64,000 nucleotides of DNA from Chloroflexota bacterium (GCA_046045415.1 JBJOLT010000015.1:5988-69987); one strand, 5' to 3'; positions 9,640 through 19,819 are shown, numbered from the stretch's first letter. The notes: generated from the letters alone by a model not told the origin. A program made the numbers and translations.

Positions 9640-10617
9640 TCAGCGCGCCGGGAGCGGCCGACCGGGACCGAGGCCGATCCCCTCGAAGTAGACCCGGGTC
9701 CGGGTCGCGACGGGGAGCGGAGCGTCGAGCGCGCAGCCGAGCATGTCCTGCTCGACGATGCAGAAGAGGTCGCGGTCGAGCGCGGCGAGGGCGTCGAGGA
9801 CCGGCTCCATCGCCGGCTCCCCCTTCGGCGGCTCGATCATCACGCCGCGGCGGCAGGCCGGAGCGAAGCCCCACTGCTCGGCCTGGGCGCGGTCGCGGAC
9901 CGCCGGGTCCACCTGCTTGAGGTGGACGTACGCGATCCGCTCCGGGAAGTCGCGGATCAGCGCGAGGCTGTCGGCGCGGCCGTAGGCGACGTGGCCGGTG
10001 TCGAGGCAGAGGTTGACGTAGCGCGGGTCGGTCCCGTCGAGGAGGCGGACGATCTCGTCGTGCGTCTCGACATGGCTGTCCGCGTGCGAGTGGTAGACGA
10101 GCTTGAGGCCGTGCTGCTCGAGGAGGTACTTCCCGAGCTCGTCGTGGAGCGCCATCAGGTCGCGCCAGCCGTCGTCGGCGAGCGACCGGTCGATCGCCGG
10201 CTTGCCGTCGAGGTCGGTCGTCCCCTCGGGGAGGATCACGACGTACTCGGCGCCGAGCGGGAGGAGCGTCCGCGCCTCGGCGTCGCACGCCTCCTTCGCC
10301 TCCTGCCAGGCGGCACGCCCCCGCTGGAGCTTCGTCTGGACGGTCCCGCCGGTGAGCGTCAGGCCGCGCCGGCCCAGCTCCTCCTTGAGGCGGACCGGAT
10401 CGCTCGGGTTGTAGCCGTAGGGGCCGAGCTCCGTGTAGCGGTAGCCGGCCTTCGGGACCTCGTCGAGGTACTGCTCCCACGGGACCTGCTCGGGCGTGTA
10501 CGGGAACCAGACGCCCCAGGAGTCCGGGGCCGTCCCGAGGTGGAGCTTCGAGTAGTCGCGCGGGCTCACGTGGTCCTCCTCCGTGCCGCGCCGGCGCCGC
10601 GTGAGCGCGTGGTCCAT
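9640..10617 (-). CDS. iolE: Inosose (2-keto-myo-inositol) dehydratase IolE, xylose-isomerase-like TIM barrel
   Basis: 325 aa aligning to IolE (KLHLGTAPDSWGVW...). The start may instead be the GTG at about 10571. Confidence 0.8.
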   Translation of the reverse strand: MDHALTRRRRGTEEDHVSPRDYSKLHLGTAPDSWGVWFPYTPEQVPWEQYLDEVPKAGYRYTELGPYGYNPSDPVRLKEELGRRGLTLTGGTVQTKLQRGRAAWQEAKEACDAEARTLLPLGAEYVVILPEGTTDLDGKPAIDRSLADDGWRDLMALHDELGKYLLEQHGLKLVYHSHADSHVETHDEIVRLLDGTDPRYVNLCLDTGHVAYGRADSLALIRDFPERIAYVHLKQVDPAVRDRAQAEQWGFAPACRRGVMIEPPKGEPAMEPVLDALAALDRDLFCIVEQDMLGCALDAPLPVATRTRVYFEGIGLGPGRPLPAR

Positions 10618-10729
10618 CTCGGCAACGGGACGAGACGCTATCGACCGGCCCGGCCCGTGTCAATCGCGGGGGGTCGCGCCGGGTCGGGGACGTCGTGCGG
10701 CCGCGTGGCGCGGGGCGCATCCTCTCGGC

Positions 10730-11707
10730 ATGCGCGCGCTCCCGCCCCCGCCGCTCCCGTCCAGGACCGCGTGGCTCCTCCTCGGCGGCCTCGTCGTCGT
10801 CTGGGGACTCCACTGGCCGATCGTGAAGGCGGTGCTCGGCGAGCTCCCGCCGATGACCTACGCGGCACTCCGGGTCGCGACCGCGATCCCGGCGGTCCTC
10901 CTCGTCCTCGGCGCCCGACGGGAGATCGAGCTCCCGCCGCGCGGCGACCTCCCGGTCCTCATCGTCGTCGGCCTCGGCCAGATCGCGATCGGGACGGCGA
11001 TCATGAACCTCGCCCTCCTCGTCGTCCCGGCGGGCCGCTCGTCGGTGCTCTCGTACACGACCCCGCTCTGGACCGCGCTCCTCGGCGCGGCGCTCCTCGG
11101 CCTCCGGCTCCGCCGGCGCGAGGGGCTCGGGGTCGCCGTCGGGGTCGTCGGGATGGGGCTCCTCTTCGCGGCCGGGCTGGGCGGCGGCGCGGGGACGGCG
11201 GATGCGGGCATGGGCGGGGCGGCGGGCGCCGGATCGGGCGCGGGGGTGGCTGCCGGGTCGTCCGGCCTCGTCGTCGGGAGCCTCGCGCTCGTCGCCGGGG
11301 CCGTCGTGAACGCCGGCGCGGTCCTCATGCTCCGTGCGCACCGGTGGCGGTCCACCCCGCTTCGCCTCCAGCCGTGGCAGCTCGCGATCGGCCTCGTCCC
11401 GCTCGCGATCCTCGCGGCGGTGCTCGAGGACCCGGCGACGATCGACCTCACCCCGACGCTCCTCCTCGCCGTCCTCTACAGCGGACCGCTCGCGACCGCC
11501 TTCGCGTTCTGGGCGTATCAGACGATCGCGCGGACCCTCACGCCGTCGCAGACGACGACCGGCCTCCTCGCCGTCCCGGTCGTCGGGCTCGCCTCGAGCG
11601 CGCTCTTCCTCGGCGAGCCCCTGGGTCCCGGGGACCTGGCGGGCTTCGCGACGACGCTCGCCGGGATCGCGCTCGTCGCGGGTCCGGGCCGCGTTCGCGA
11701 GCCGTGA
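10730..11707 (+). CDS. EamA/DMT family transporter
   Basis: Ten predicted TM helices with tandem EamA domains. ATG 10730 was chosen because the upstream part of the ORF is R-rich. Confidence 0.7.
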   Translation: MRALPPPPLPSRTAWLLLGGLVVVWGLHWPIVKAVLGELPPMTYAALRVATAIPAVLLVLGARREIELPPRGDLPVLIVVGLGQIAIGTAIMNLALLVVPAGRSSVLSYTTPLWTALLGAALLGLRLRRREGLGVAVGVVGMGLLFAAGLGGGAGTADAGMGGAAGAGSGAGVAAGSSGLVVGSLALVAGAVVNAGAVLMLRAHRWRSTPLRLQPWQLAIGLVPLAILAAVLEDPATIDLTPTLLLAVLYSGPLATAFAFWAYQTIARTLTPSQTTTGLLAVPVVGLASSALFLGEPLGPGDLAGFATTLAGIALVAGPGRVREP

Positions 11708-11795
11708 CGCGGGTCGTACGCTTGCCGGGGCGGCCGGCGGCCGTGCCGCGGCGGTCCTCGATGACGCTGCGGCCTGGCGGATGACGGGAGGGGCG

Positions 11796-13538
11796 ATGGG
11801 CGGAGGATCGACGCGGCTCGTCGGCGTGGCGGCGGCACCGGGGATCGCCCGCGGCGCCTGGGCCCGGATCGAGCGGCGGCCGCTCCCGCGGGGACGGACC
11901 GTCGGGCCGGGCGACGAGGCGGTGGACCGCGAGGTGGCGGCGCTCGCGGCCGCCGCGGCGGCGGCCGAGTCGGAGCTGAACGCCCTCGCGGCCCGGCTGA
12001 CCGAGGCGGGGCATGCCGACGAGGCCGGGATCTTCGCCGCGTCCGCGGCGATGGCCGCCGATCCGATGCTGATCGACGGCGCGACGGGACGGATCCGGGA
12101 CGGGCGGGTCGGCGGGGTCGACGCGATCCTCGCGGCAGGGGACGAGGTCGCCGCGATCCTCGCCGCGGTCGACGACGAGCTGATCCGGGCGCGGGCCGCC
12201 GACATCCTCGACGTCGCCGACCGGATCGCCCGCCACGTCGCCGGGCTCCCGACCGACGAGGTGACGCTCGGGGCCCCGGCGATCGTCGTCGCGGAGGACC
12301 TCCCGCCGTCGCTCACGGCGACGATCCCGAAGGATCGGCTCCTCGGGATCGCCCTCGCCGGCGGCTCGCCCACGGCGCACGCCGCCATCCTCGCCCGCGC
12401 CTACGGGATCCCCGCCGTCGTCGGCGTCCCCGGGATCCTCGATGCGGTGACGGCCGCGGGACACGCGAGCGAGGTGGCGCTCGACGGGTCGACCGGGGAG
12501 GTCCTGATCGCGCCGACCGCCGCGGAGGTCGCCGAGCTGGACCGGCGCGCCGCCCGCCTCTCCGCCGACCGGGACCGCGACCTGGCCGAGGCGGCCCTGC
12601 CGTCGGCGACCCGCGACGGGACGCCGGTCGCGCTCCTCGCGAACATCGGGACCCCGGACGAGGCCGAGCGGGCGATCGCCCTCGGCGCGCGGGGCGTGGG
12701 TCTCTTCCGGACCGAGTTCCTCTTCCTCGAGCGGCCGGTCGCGCCGACGGAGGACGAGCAACTGGCCGCCTACCGTCGCGTCGTCGAGCGCTTCGCGGGC
12801 GACCCGGTGACGATCCGGCTCCTCGACGTCGGGGGCGACAAGCCGCTCCCCTACCTCCCGATCCCGCGGGAGGAGAACCCGTTCCTCGGCGTCCGCGGGC
12901 TCCGGCTCGCCGTCGACCGCCCGGAGGTCTTCCTCACCCAGCTTCGCGCCTGCATGCGGGCCGCGGCCGCCGGCCCGGTGAAGGTGATGGCGCCGATGAT
13001 CGCCGACCACGACGACGTCGGCCTCCTCGTCGAGCTCACGGCGCGCGCGCGGGCCGACCTCGCGGCCGCGGGCGTCGACCACGGCGAGATCTCGCTCGGC
13101 GTCATGCTCGAGGTCCCGTCGGCGATCCTCACCGCGGACACCTGGCTCGGGGAGGTCGCGTTCGCCAGCCTCGGCACGAACGACCTGACGCAGTACGCGC
13201 TCGCGATCGACCGCGGGAACCCCGCCGTCGAGCGCTACCGCGACTCGCTCCATCCCGCCGTCCTCCGGCTCGTCGCGCTCTCGGTGGAGAGCGCGCGGCG
13301 GACCGGGGCCGAGCTCTCCGTCTGCGGGGAGATGGCCGGCGATCCGGTCGCGGCGCTCGCCCTCGTCGGCCTCGGGATCCGCTCGCTCAGCATGGGAGCG
13401 ACGAGTCTCCCGGCCGTCCGGCGCGCGATCCGCGGGAGCGACCTCGCGACGCTCGAGGCGGCCGCGGCGGCGGCGCTCGTCGACGACTCGGCGCGCGCGG
13501 TGCGGGAGCGCTTCGCGGCACTCCTCGGCTCCGCCTGA
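11796..13538 (+). CDS. ptsI: Phosphoenolpyruvate-protein phosphotransferase (PTS enzyme I)
   Basis: Full-length alignment to E. coli PtsI (GLFRTEFLF, GTNDLTQY, GEMAGDP). The start has a GGGAGG Shine-Dalgarno; an alternative ATG is at 11781. Confidence 0.85.
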   Translation: MGGGSTRLVGVAAAPGIARGAWARIERRPLPRGRTVGPGDEAVDREVAALAAAAAAAESELNALAARLTEAGHADEAGIFAASAAMAADPMLIDGATGRIRDGRVGGVDAILAAGDEVAAILAAVDDELIRARAADILDVADRIARHVAGLPTDEVTLGAPAIVVAEDLPPSLTATIPKDRLLGIALAGGSPTAHAAILARAYGIPAVVGVPGILDAVTAAGHASEVALDGSTGEVLIAPTAAEVAELDRRAARLSADRDRDLAEAALPSATRDGTPVALLANIGTPDEAERAIALGARGVGLFRTEFLFLERPVAPTEDEQLAAYRRVVERFAGDPVTIRLLDVGGDKPLPYLPIPREENPFLGVRGLRLAVDRPEVFLTQLRACMRAAAAGPVKVMAPMIADHDDVGLLVELTARARADLAAAGVDHGEISLGVMLEVPSAILTADTWLGEVAFASLGTNDLTQYALAIDRGNPAVERYRDSLHPAVLRLVALSVESARRTGAELSVCGEMAGDPVAALALVGLGIRSLSMGATSLPAVRRAIRGSDLATLEAAAAAALVDDSARAVRERFAALLGSA

Positions 13539-13601
13539 GCGCGAACGGGACCGGCCGCTCCGCGCCGGGTCCCGGATCCGGAGCCCGCGGGGCCAGGCGC
13601 G

Positions 13602-14102
13602 TCAGGCGGGGACGGCTCCCTCGAGGACGAGGAGCGCCGTCTTCCGATCGAGCCCGCCGCCGAACCCGGTGAGGCTCCCGTCCGAGCCGACGACCCGGTG
13701 GCACGGGACGACGATCGAGAGCGGGTTCCGCCCGACGGCGCCGCCGACGGCCCTGCCCGCACCGGGCCGGCAGATCCGCGCGGCGATCTCGCCGTACGTC
13801 GTCGTCGTGCCGTACGGGATCGACCGGAGCGCCTCCCAGACGGCGAGCTGGAACGGGGTCCCCGCTGGGTCGAGGTCGAGGTCGAACGAGCGGCGGCGAC
13901 CGGCGAAATACTCGTCGAGCTGGCGGCCCACCGCGGCGAACGCGTCGGGCGCCTCGCGCCACCCGTCGGTCTCCCCCGGCCCGAACCGGGCACCCTCCAT
14001 GTGGATCGCGGAGAGCCGGACCCCCCGCCCCCCGGGTCCCGCGGGCTCGCCGACGAGGAGGAGCGGGCCGATCGGGCTCGGATGACGGGCGTGGATCTGC
14101 AT
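13602..14102 (-). CDS. ogt: Methylated-DNA-protein-cysteine methyltransferase
   Basis: 167 aa with the PCHRVV active site and an HTH-containing C-terminal domain. Confidence 0.85.
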   Translation of the reverse strand: MQIHARHPSPIGPLLLVGEPAGPGGRGVRLSAIHMEGARFGPGETDGWREAPDAFAAVGRQLDEYFAGRRRSFDLDLDPAGTPFQLAVWEALRSIPYGTTTTYGEIAARICRPGAGRAVGGAVGRNPLSIVVPCHRVVGSDGSLTGFGGGLDRKTALLVLEGAVPA

Positions 14103-14336
14103 CTCTCGGCCTCCTCGGGTCGACGGGGCGGGGCGGTGGCGCGGGACGGTCGATGACGACGGTCCGGGGAGGATGCCACGGGTGCGATGCCCTCGTCCGT
14201 TACGGCCGGTGGCGCCCGTTCTGGTGAATCCGGTGCGGGGCGGAAACGTTCGGCTCGACTCCCCCCTTTCCGCCGCGTGCGGGGCGGGGCATCCTCGGCG
14301 GGCGGTGTCCCGTCCGGTCGCCGCGGAGGAGGGAAT

Positions 14337-14654
14337 ATGGACCCGGAGTACATCCCCGGGGGACGGTGGGTGCGGGTGCTCGCTGCCGACGGAACGATCG
14401 TCGAGCCGCGGGGCCGCTGGCACCTGGCGACCGAGGACCCGTCGACCGAGCTCGACGACACCCCCCGACGGGCCGAGCTCGTCTGCGGGCGGGAACTGCG
14501 CGCGACCCGTGCGCGCGGCGAGGAGCTCGCCTTCGTGGCGACCCTGCCGCTCGCGAACCTGTGCGTCGCCTGTCACCGCGAGTGGCACCGCGAGCAGCTG
14601 ATGGCGCTCCGCGCCTCGAAGTCGAAGGGGTCGGCCGCGTTCCTCCCCGCCTGA
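14337..14654 (+). CDS. Hypothetical small protein (105 aa) with CxxCH motif
   Basis: Non-R-rich composition and a strong GGAGGAGGG Shine-Dalgarno 6 nt upstream of the ATG. It sits in an otherwise non-coding gap. Confidence 0.45.
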   Translation: MDPEYIPGGRWVRVLAADGTIVEPRGRWHLATEDPSTELDDTPRRAELVCGRELRATRARGEELAFVATLPLANLCVACHREWHREQLMALRASKSKGSAAFLPA

Positions 14655-14718
14655 CGGAGCCCGGCCGGCGGACCGCGCCGGCCGATCGGTCCCGCAGCGT
14701 GCGTCGACCGCGGCGTCT

Positions 14719-14796
14719 GGTCGGGGCGGCCGGATTCGAACCGGCGATCTCGTGCTCCCAAAGCACGCGCGTTGCCAGACTACGCCACGCCCCGAC
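14719..14796 (-). tRNA. tRNA-Pro (anticodon UGG)
   Basis: The reverse complement gives CGGGGCGTGGCGTAGTCTGG...CTTTGGGAG...GGTTCGAATCC...CCGCCCCGACCA, a cloverleaf with a 7-bp acceptor stem and a UUUGGGA anticodon loop. Confidence 0.8.
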
Positions 14797-14805
14797 GGGC
14801 GAAGA

Positions 14806-15501
14806 CTACTCGACCGGTCGCGCCCGTCCCCGGCGCCGCCGGACGAGCCAGACGGCCGCGAGCCCGACTGCCGCGACGAGCGCCGCGAGGACGAGCCGCT
14901 CGACGGGCTTGAGGACGTCGACGATCCCCTCCCACGCGGCGCCGAGGGCGACGCCCGCCCCGACGAGGAGGATCACCCACGGGAGCGACCCGATCGCCGT
15001 GTAGACGACGAACGGGAGCCGCGGCATCCGGGCGATCCCCGCGGCGAAGCTGACGAGCGAGCGGATCACCGGGAAGACCCGTCCGACGAGCGCGGCCTTC
15101 CTGCCGTGGGCGGCGAAGAAGCGCTCCGCGGCGGCGAGATCGTCGGGCGAGAGGAGGAGGAAGCGGCCGTACCGGAGGAGGAGCGGCCGCCCGCCGCGCG
15201 CGCCGATCTCGTAGGCGATGACGGCGCCGACGACCGAGCCGATGTCGCCCGCGATGACGATCGCGACCGGGTTCCAGCGGGCCCCGGTGAGCGGCTCGAT
15301 CGCGGTCGGGTCGGAGACGAGGAAGCCCGCGAACGGGAGGATCAGCTCGGACGGGAGCGGGACGACGACGCTCTCGACCGCGACCATGACGGCGACCCCG
15401 ACGTAGCCGATGACGCCGTAGATCGTGACGACGGCCTCGCGTACCGGGCCGTCGAGGAAGTCGAACACGCGGCGGGTCTCCCGGTCGGGCGGCCGGTGCA
15501 C
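14806..15501 (-). CDS. DedA/VTT-domain family membrane protein
   Basis: 231 aa with a DedA-like hydrophobic profile and motif. Confidence 0.8.
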   Translation of the reverse strand: MHRPPDRETRRVFDFLDGPVREAVVTIYGVIGYVGVAVMVAVESVVVPLPSELILPFAGFLVSDPTAIEPLTGARWNPVAIVIAGDIGSVVGAVIAYEIGARGGRPLLLRYGRFLLLSPDDLAAAERFFAAHGRKAALVGRVFPVIRSLVSFAAGIARMPRLPFVVYTAIGSLPWVILLVGAGVALGAAWEGIVDVLKPVERLVLAALVAAVGLAAVWLVRRRRGRARPVE

Positions 15502-15543
15502 GGCTCCTGCCGCGCGACGGACGCCTGAGGATTCTCCCCGATT

Positions 15544-16194
15544 TCAGAACCCGAGGCGGGCGAGCCGCGGCGCCATCCGGCGCGCCGCCCCCGCCCGGTG
15601 GCTGATCGCGTGCTTCTCCGCGGCCGATCGCTCGCCGAGCGTCCGCCCGTCGGCCGGGTCGGCGAGCGGGACGAAGATCGGGTCGTAGCCGAAGCCGCCG
15701 TCGCCACGCGGGCCGGCGGCGATCCGGCCGCGGCAGGTCCCGCGGACGAGCATGACGGGGATCCCGCCCCGCGGCCCGGCGGCGTCCGGGAGCGCGAGCG
15801 CGAGGACGCAGACGTAGCGGGCGCCACGGCGCTCCGGCGGGAGGCCGGCGAGCGCGCCGAGCAGCTTCTCGTTGTTCGCCCGGTCGGTCGCGTCCGGCCC
15901 GGCGTACCGCTTCGTCCGGACGCCCGGCCCGCCGCCGAGCGCGTCGACCTCGAGTCCCGAGTCGTCGGCGAGCGTCGGGAGGCCGGAGCGGCGCGCATAG
16001 GCGCGGGCCTTGAGCGCCGCGTTCGCGGCGAACGTCTCGCCGGGCTCGTCGACCTCGTCGGGGATCCCGAGATCGTCGAGGTCCACGAGTTCCGCCCGCG
16101 TGACGTGGAGGAGCTCGCGGAGCTCGCGGAGCTTGTGGTGCGAGCGGGTCGCGACGAGGAGGCGCGGCCGGGCGCCCCGGGCGGGCCCGCTCAG
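15544..16194 (-). CDS. rdgB: Non-canonical purine NTP pyrophosphatase RdgB/HAM1 (dITP/XTP pyrophosphatase)
   Basis: Aligns to E. coli RdgB from [18 protein letters not shown] onwards (FGYDPIF, ISHR). There is no ATG, GTG or TTG at the alignment start. The only in-frame candidate is a CTG overlapping the rph stop. Confidence 0.8.
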   Translation of the reverse strand: MSGPARGARPRLLVATRSHHKLRELRELLHVTRAELVDLDDLGIPDEVDEPGETFAANAALKARAYARRSGLPTLADDSGLEVDALGGGPGVRTKRYAGPDATDRANNEKLLGALAGLPPERRGARYVCVLALALPDAAGPRGGIPVMLVRGTCRGRIAAGPRGDGGFGYDPIFVPLADPADGRTLGERSAAEKHAISHRAGAARRMAPRLARLGF

Positions 16195-16925
16195 CGGCGG
16201 ATCCCGGCGATCGTCTCCGCCTGGGCGGCGAACAGCGTCGCGAGCCCGTCGTTCGCGAGGTCGAGCAGCGTATCGACGGCCGGCCGGTCGAACGGCTTCC
16301 CCTCCGCGGTCCCCTGAAGCTCGACGTACGTCCCCGCATCCGTCCCGACGACGTTGAAGTCGACGTCGGCCCGCGAGTCCTCGGAGTAGTCGAGGTCGAG
16401 GTACGGGACGCCGTCGACGAGCCCGACGCTCACCGCGGCGACGTGGCCGACGATCGTCCGCTCGAAGCCGCCGGCGATGAGCGCGGCGGCGAGCGCGACG
16501 TAGCCGCCGGTGATCGAGGCGGTCCGCGTCCCGCCGTCCGCCTGGAGGACGTCGCAGTCCACCGTCACCGTCCGCTCGCCGAGCTTCGCGAGGTCGATGA
16601 CGCCGCGGAGCGAGCGCGCGATGAGCCGCTGGATCTCGTGGGTCCGGCCGCCGAGCCGACCCTTCACGGACTCGCGCGGGCTCCGCTCCGCGGTCGCGCG
16701 GGGGAGCATCGCGTACTCGGCGGTGACCCAGCCGGTCCCCTTGCCGCGAAGGTGCGGCGGGATCCGCTCCTCGATCGTCGCGGCGCAGAGGACGCGCGTC
16801 CCCCCGAACGAGATGATGCACGAGCCCTCGGCCCACTTCTGGACCCCGAGCTCGATCGAGACGGGGCGGAGCTGGTGCGGCTGGCGTCCGTCCTCGCGGA
16901 TCCGGGCGCCGTTCCCGATCGTCAT
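16191..16925 (-). CDS. rph: Ribonuclease PH
   Basis: 244 aa, near-full-length alignment to E. coli Rph ([34 protein letters not shown]). Confidence 0.9.
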   Translation of the reverse strand: MTIGNGARIREDGRQPHQLRPVSIELGVQKWAEGSCIISFGGTRVLCAATIEERIPPHLRGKGTGWVTAEYAMLPRATAERSPRESVKGRLGGRTHEIQRLIARSLRGVIDLAKLGERTVTVDCDVLQADGGTRTASITGGYVALAAALIAGGFERTIVGHVAAVSVGLVDGVPYLDLDYSEDSRADVDFNVVGTDAGTYVELQGTAEGKPFDRPAVDTLLDLANDGLATLFAAQAETIAGIRR

Positions 16926-18085
16926 CGTGTCGCCTCCTCGGCCTTCGCCGCGTCCCAGAGCCGGTCGAGCTCGTCGAAGTCGAGGTCGCGGAGCGCGACC
17001 CCGCGGCTCGCCGCCTGCCGCTCGACGCTCCGGAAGCGGCGGCGGAACTTCTCGTTCGCCGCCCGGAGCGCCGCCTCGGCCTCCACGCCGTGCCGCCGGG
17101 CGAGGTTGACGACGACCATGAGGAGGTCGCCGAGTTCCTCGCGGCGGTGCTCGTGCCCGTCGGCGTCGAGGACCTCGCCGAGCTCCTCGCGCACCTTCTC
17201 GACGATCCCGTCGACGGTGGGCCAGTCGTAGCCGAGCGAGGCGGCCCGCTCCTGCATCTCCTGGCTCGCGGCGAGCGCCGGCATCGCCCGGCTGATCCCG
17301 TCGAGCGCGCTCTTCGGCGGCGCGGCGCTCCCCGCCTCGTCGGCCGCGGCGCTCGCCGCCTCGGCGGCCCGCCGCTCGTCCGCCTTGATCCGCTCCCACT
17401 GGCGGTTGACGTCGGACGAGGTCTCGGCGACCGCGTCGGCGAAGACGTGGGGGTGGCGGCGGACGATCTTCCGCCCGAGCGTCTCCCAGACGTCGGCGAG
17501 GTCGAAGACCCCGGCCTCCGCGGCGATCTCCGCATGGAGGACGACCTGGAGGAGGAGGTCGCCGAGCTCCTCGGCGAGCGCCGGGGTGGACCCGCGCTCC
17601 AGCGCGTCGTAGACCTCGTACGCCTCCTCGAGGAGGTGCTTGCGGAGCGACTCGTGCGTCTGCTCGCGATCCCACGGGCAGCCGTCCGGGGCCCGGAGCC
17701 GGTGGGAGATCCACGGGAGCGCCCACGGTCCGGTGGGCCCCTCGTCCACCGGGAGCGGGGCGAGGTAGACGGGCGCCGCGAGATCGCCGGCCGCCAGCTC
17801 CCCGACGGTCGTCGGCTCCGGCTGTCCGAACCGTCCCACCGGGTGGCCGCCCGGGTAGAGGCGGCGGAGGAGGGCGAGCGGGTCGGTCGCCCGCGGCCCG
17901 TGGCGGCCCGGGAGCGGCCCGGCGGACGTGGGCTCGCCTCCGAGGAGCGCGAGCGGGACGACGACGAGCGGGCGGGACGGCTCGATCGGGATCGCGGCGA
18001 GCTGCTCGGCAGGGGCGATCTGGAGCCCGGCGGCGGGGTCGAGCCCCCACCGGAGGCGCGCCTCGCGGACGAGCGCGTCGAGCAC
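16922..18085 (-). CDS. mazG: MazG nucleoside-triphosphate pyrophosphohydrolase with ~150-aa N-terminal extension
   Basis: The C-terminal ~230 aa contain tandem MazG domains. There is a 4-nt overlap with the rph start. Confidence 0.8.
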   Translation of the reverse strand: MLDALVREARLRWGLDPAAGLQIAPAEQLAAIPIEPSRPLVVVPLALLGGEPTSAGPLPGRHGPRATDPLALLRRLYPGGHPVGRFGQPEPTTVGELAAGDLAAPVYLAPLPVDEGPTGPWALPWISHRLRAPDGCPWDREQTHESLRKHLLEEAYEVYDALERGSTPALAEELGDLLLQVVLHAEIAAEAGVFDLADVWETLGRKIVRRHPHVFADAVAETSSDVNRQWERIKADERRAAEAASAAADEAGSAAPPKSALDGISRAMPALAASQEMQERAASLGYDWPTVDGIVEKVREELGEVLDADGHEHRREELGDLLMVVVNLARRHGVEAEAALRAANEKFRRRFRSVERQAASRGVALRDLDFDELDRLWDAAKAEEATR

Positions 18086-18094
18086 CGACGCGAC

Positions 18095-19819
18095 CTAGAT
18101 CAGGTCCGTCGGGAAGGGCTCGACCGTGATCTCGGCGCCGGCCTTCTGCTCGTCGTACCAGTTCCGGAAGGCGTTCGCGCGGAGCGTCGCGATCTGGTCG
18201 CCCTCGGGCTTCCTCGTGGCCTCCTCGGCGACGAGGAAGATCGTCCAGCCGCTCGAGGACTCGAGGACCTCGCTGACCGACCCGATCGGCGCGGCGAAGA
18301 TCGCCGTCTCGAGCTCCTGCTCGATCTGGCCCTTCGCGATCCAGCCCATGTCGCCGCCGCGCGTCGCATCGTCGCCCTCGGAGCTCTCGCGTGCGATCGC
18401 CGCGAAGTCCGCACCGGGTGCGCTCGCCTGCGTCCGGAGCGTCGCGATCCGCTCGGCGCCGGCCGCACGACGTCCCTCGTACCGGATCACGTGCCAGCCG
18501 AACGACGAGCGGACCGGGGCGAGGATCTGTCCTTCCGCGAGCCCGTCGGCGAAGATCGCCGCCCCGAACGCCGGGTCGACGTCCGCCTCGGCGAACCAGG
18601 GGAGGTCCCCGCCGTTCGCACCGGAGCCCTTGTCGTCGCTCTGCGAGGTCGCGAGCTCCGCGAAGCGCGACGGGTCGGCGACGAGCTGCTCGTAGACGGT
18701 GTTCGCCGACGCCTCGGCCGCCGCCCACGCGGGATCGCCGGAGGAGAAGCTGCCGGAGGCGCTCGGATCGCCGCCGGGCGAGAAGAGGATGTGCGACGAC
18801 TTCGCCTGCTCGACGGCCGCAGCGGAGGGATCGCCCTGGACGACGATCCGGCTGACGCGCCGCTGGACCGTCTCGCTCTCGACCGCGTCGGCGGTGATCT
18901 TGTCCTCGAGAGCGGTCCGGGCGAGCTCGCCGCGGAGGAGCTCGCGGTACGCCTCGATCGGGATGTCGGCGTCCTCGATCGCCTGCTGGTAGTTCGGGTC
19001 GACCTGCGACGCGACGATCTCGGTCACGCGGCCGATCCGGTAGGTCCCCTCGAACGCCTCGATCACGTCGGTGATCCCGTCCTTCTCGAGCGCGAAGAGC
19101 GCGGTGAGGAAGGGGTCCGGCTCGTCCGTCAGCGAGACGTAGCCGAGGTCGCCGCCGTTCGCGGCGCTCGGATCGGTGGAGACGGCGGTCGCGACCTCCT
19201 CCCACGCCTTCCCGGCGCGGACGTCGGCGAGCGCCTGCTCGGCCCGCTTCCGGGCGTCCTCGGCGGTGTCGCCCGAGGTCCCCGAGGCGGTGACCGAGAT
19301 GAGCCACGCCTTCCGGACCTCCGGCGCGGTCGCCTCCTTCAGGAGGGCCGCGTCGACCGCCTCGTCGGTCACCCCGACCCCCTCGCGCTCGGCGAGCTGG
19401 ATCCGGAGCGTGGAGTCGACGAGGTCCTCGAGCGAGGAGTCGGGGAGGAGCTGCGACTTGATCTGGAGATCCTGGAACTGCGCGTCCGCCTGGGCCTGGC
19501 TGATCCGCCCGGCGCTCAGCGCGTTCTGGACGTTCGACGAGAGCCGCTGGAGCCGCCACGTGTCGGCGAGGACGCGGTGGCGGAGGTCGTCCTTCGTCAG
19601 CGTCTCGCCGTTCACGACGGCGACGGTGCTGAAGTGGTCGCTCCAGTACGACGCGACGCCGGCGCCGACGAGGAGGACGACGCCGAGGATCGTCGAGCCG
19701 ACGAGGAAGAGGTTGACGTAGAGGGTCCGGCGGGCGCCGTGGTCGATCGGCTGGCGGGGCCGCCGGGCGGCGGGCGTGGGTCGAAGGCTCATGCGGTTCG
19801 GGGTCCCTGTTCGTCGCAC
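18095..19819 (-). CDS. Membrane-anchored peptidyl-prolyl cis-trans isomerase, SurA/PrsA-like (parvulin domain)
   Basis: N-terminal TM anchor, a SurA-N-like region, and a PpiC/parvulin signature (GGDLGY.., GGDLPWF, GGDMGWI). Confidence 0.7.
   Translation of the reverse strand: MRRTGTPNRMSLRPTPAARRPRQPIDHGARRTLYVNLFLVGSTILGVVLLVGAGVASYWSDHFSTVAVVNGETLTKDDLRHRVLADTWRLQRLSSNVQNALSAGRISQAQADAQFQDLQIKSQLLPDSSLEDLVDSTLRIQLAEREGVGVTDEAVDAALLKEATAPEVRKAWLISVTASGTSGDTAEDARKRAEQALADVRAGKAWEEVATAVSTDPSAANGGDLGYVSLTDEPDPFLTALFALEKDGITDVIEAFEGTYRIGRVTEIVASQVDPNYQQAIEDADIPIEAYRELLRGELARTALEDKITADAVESETVQRRVSRIVVQGDPSAAAVEQAKSSHILFSPGGDPSASGSFSSGDPAWAAAEASANTVYEQLVADPSRFAELATSQSDDKGSGANGGDLPWFAEADVDPAFGAAIFADGLAEGQILAPVRSSFGWHVIRYEGRRAAGAERIATLRTQASAPGADFAAIARESSEGDDATRGGDMGWIAKGQIEQELETAIFAAPIGSVSEVLESSSGWTIFLVAEEATRKPEGDQIATLRANAFRNWYDEQKAGAEITVEPFPTDLI

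Noticed and set aside
14719-14796. tRNA-Pro as a possible integration hotspot for a genomic island
   Set aside because: No integrase, recombinase, transposase or flanking direct repeat of the tRNA 3' end is visible nearby. The neighbouring genes (dedA, rdgB, rph) are core housekeeping.
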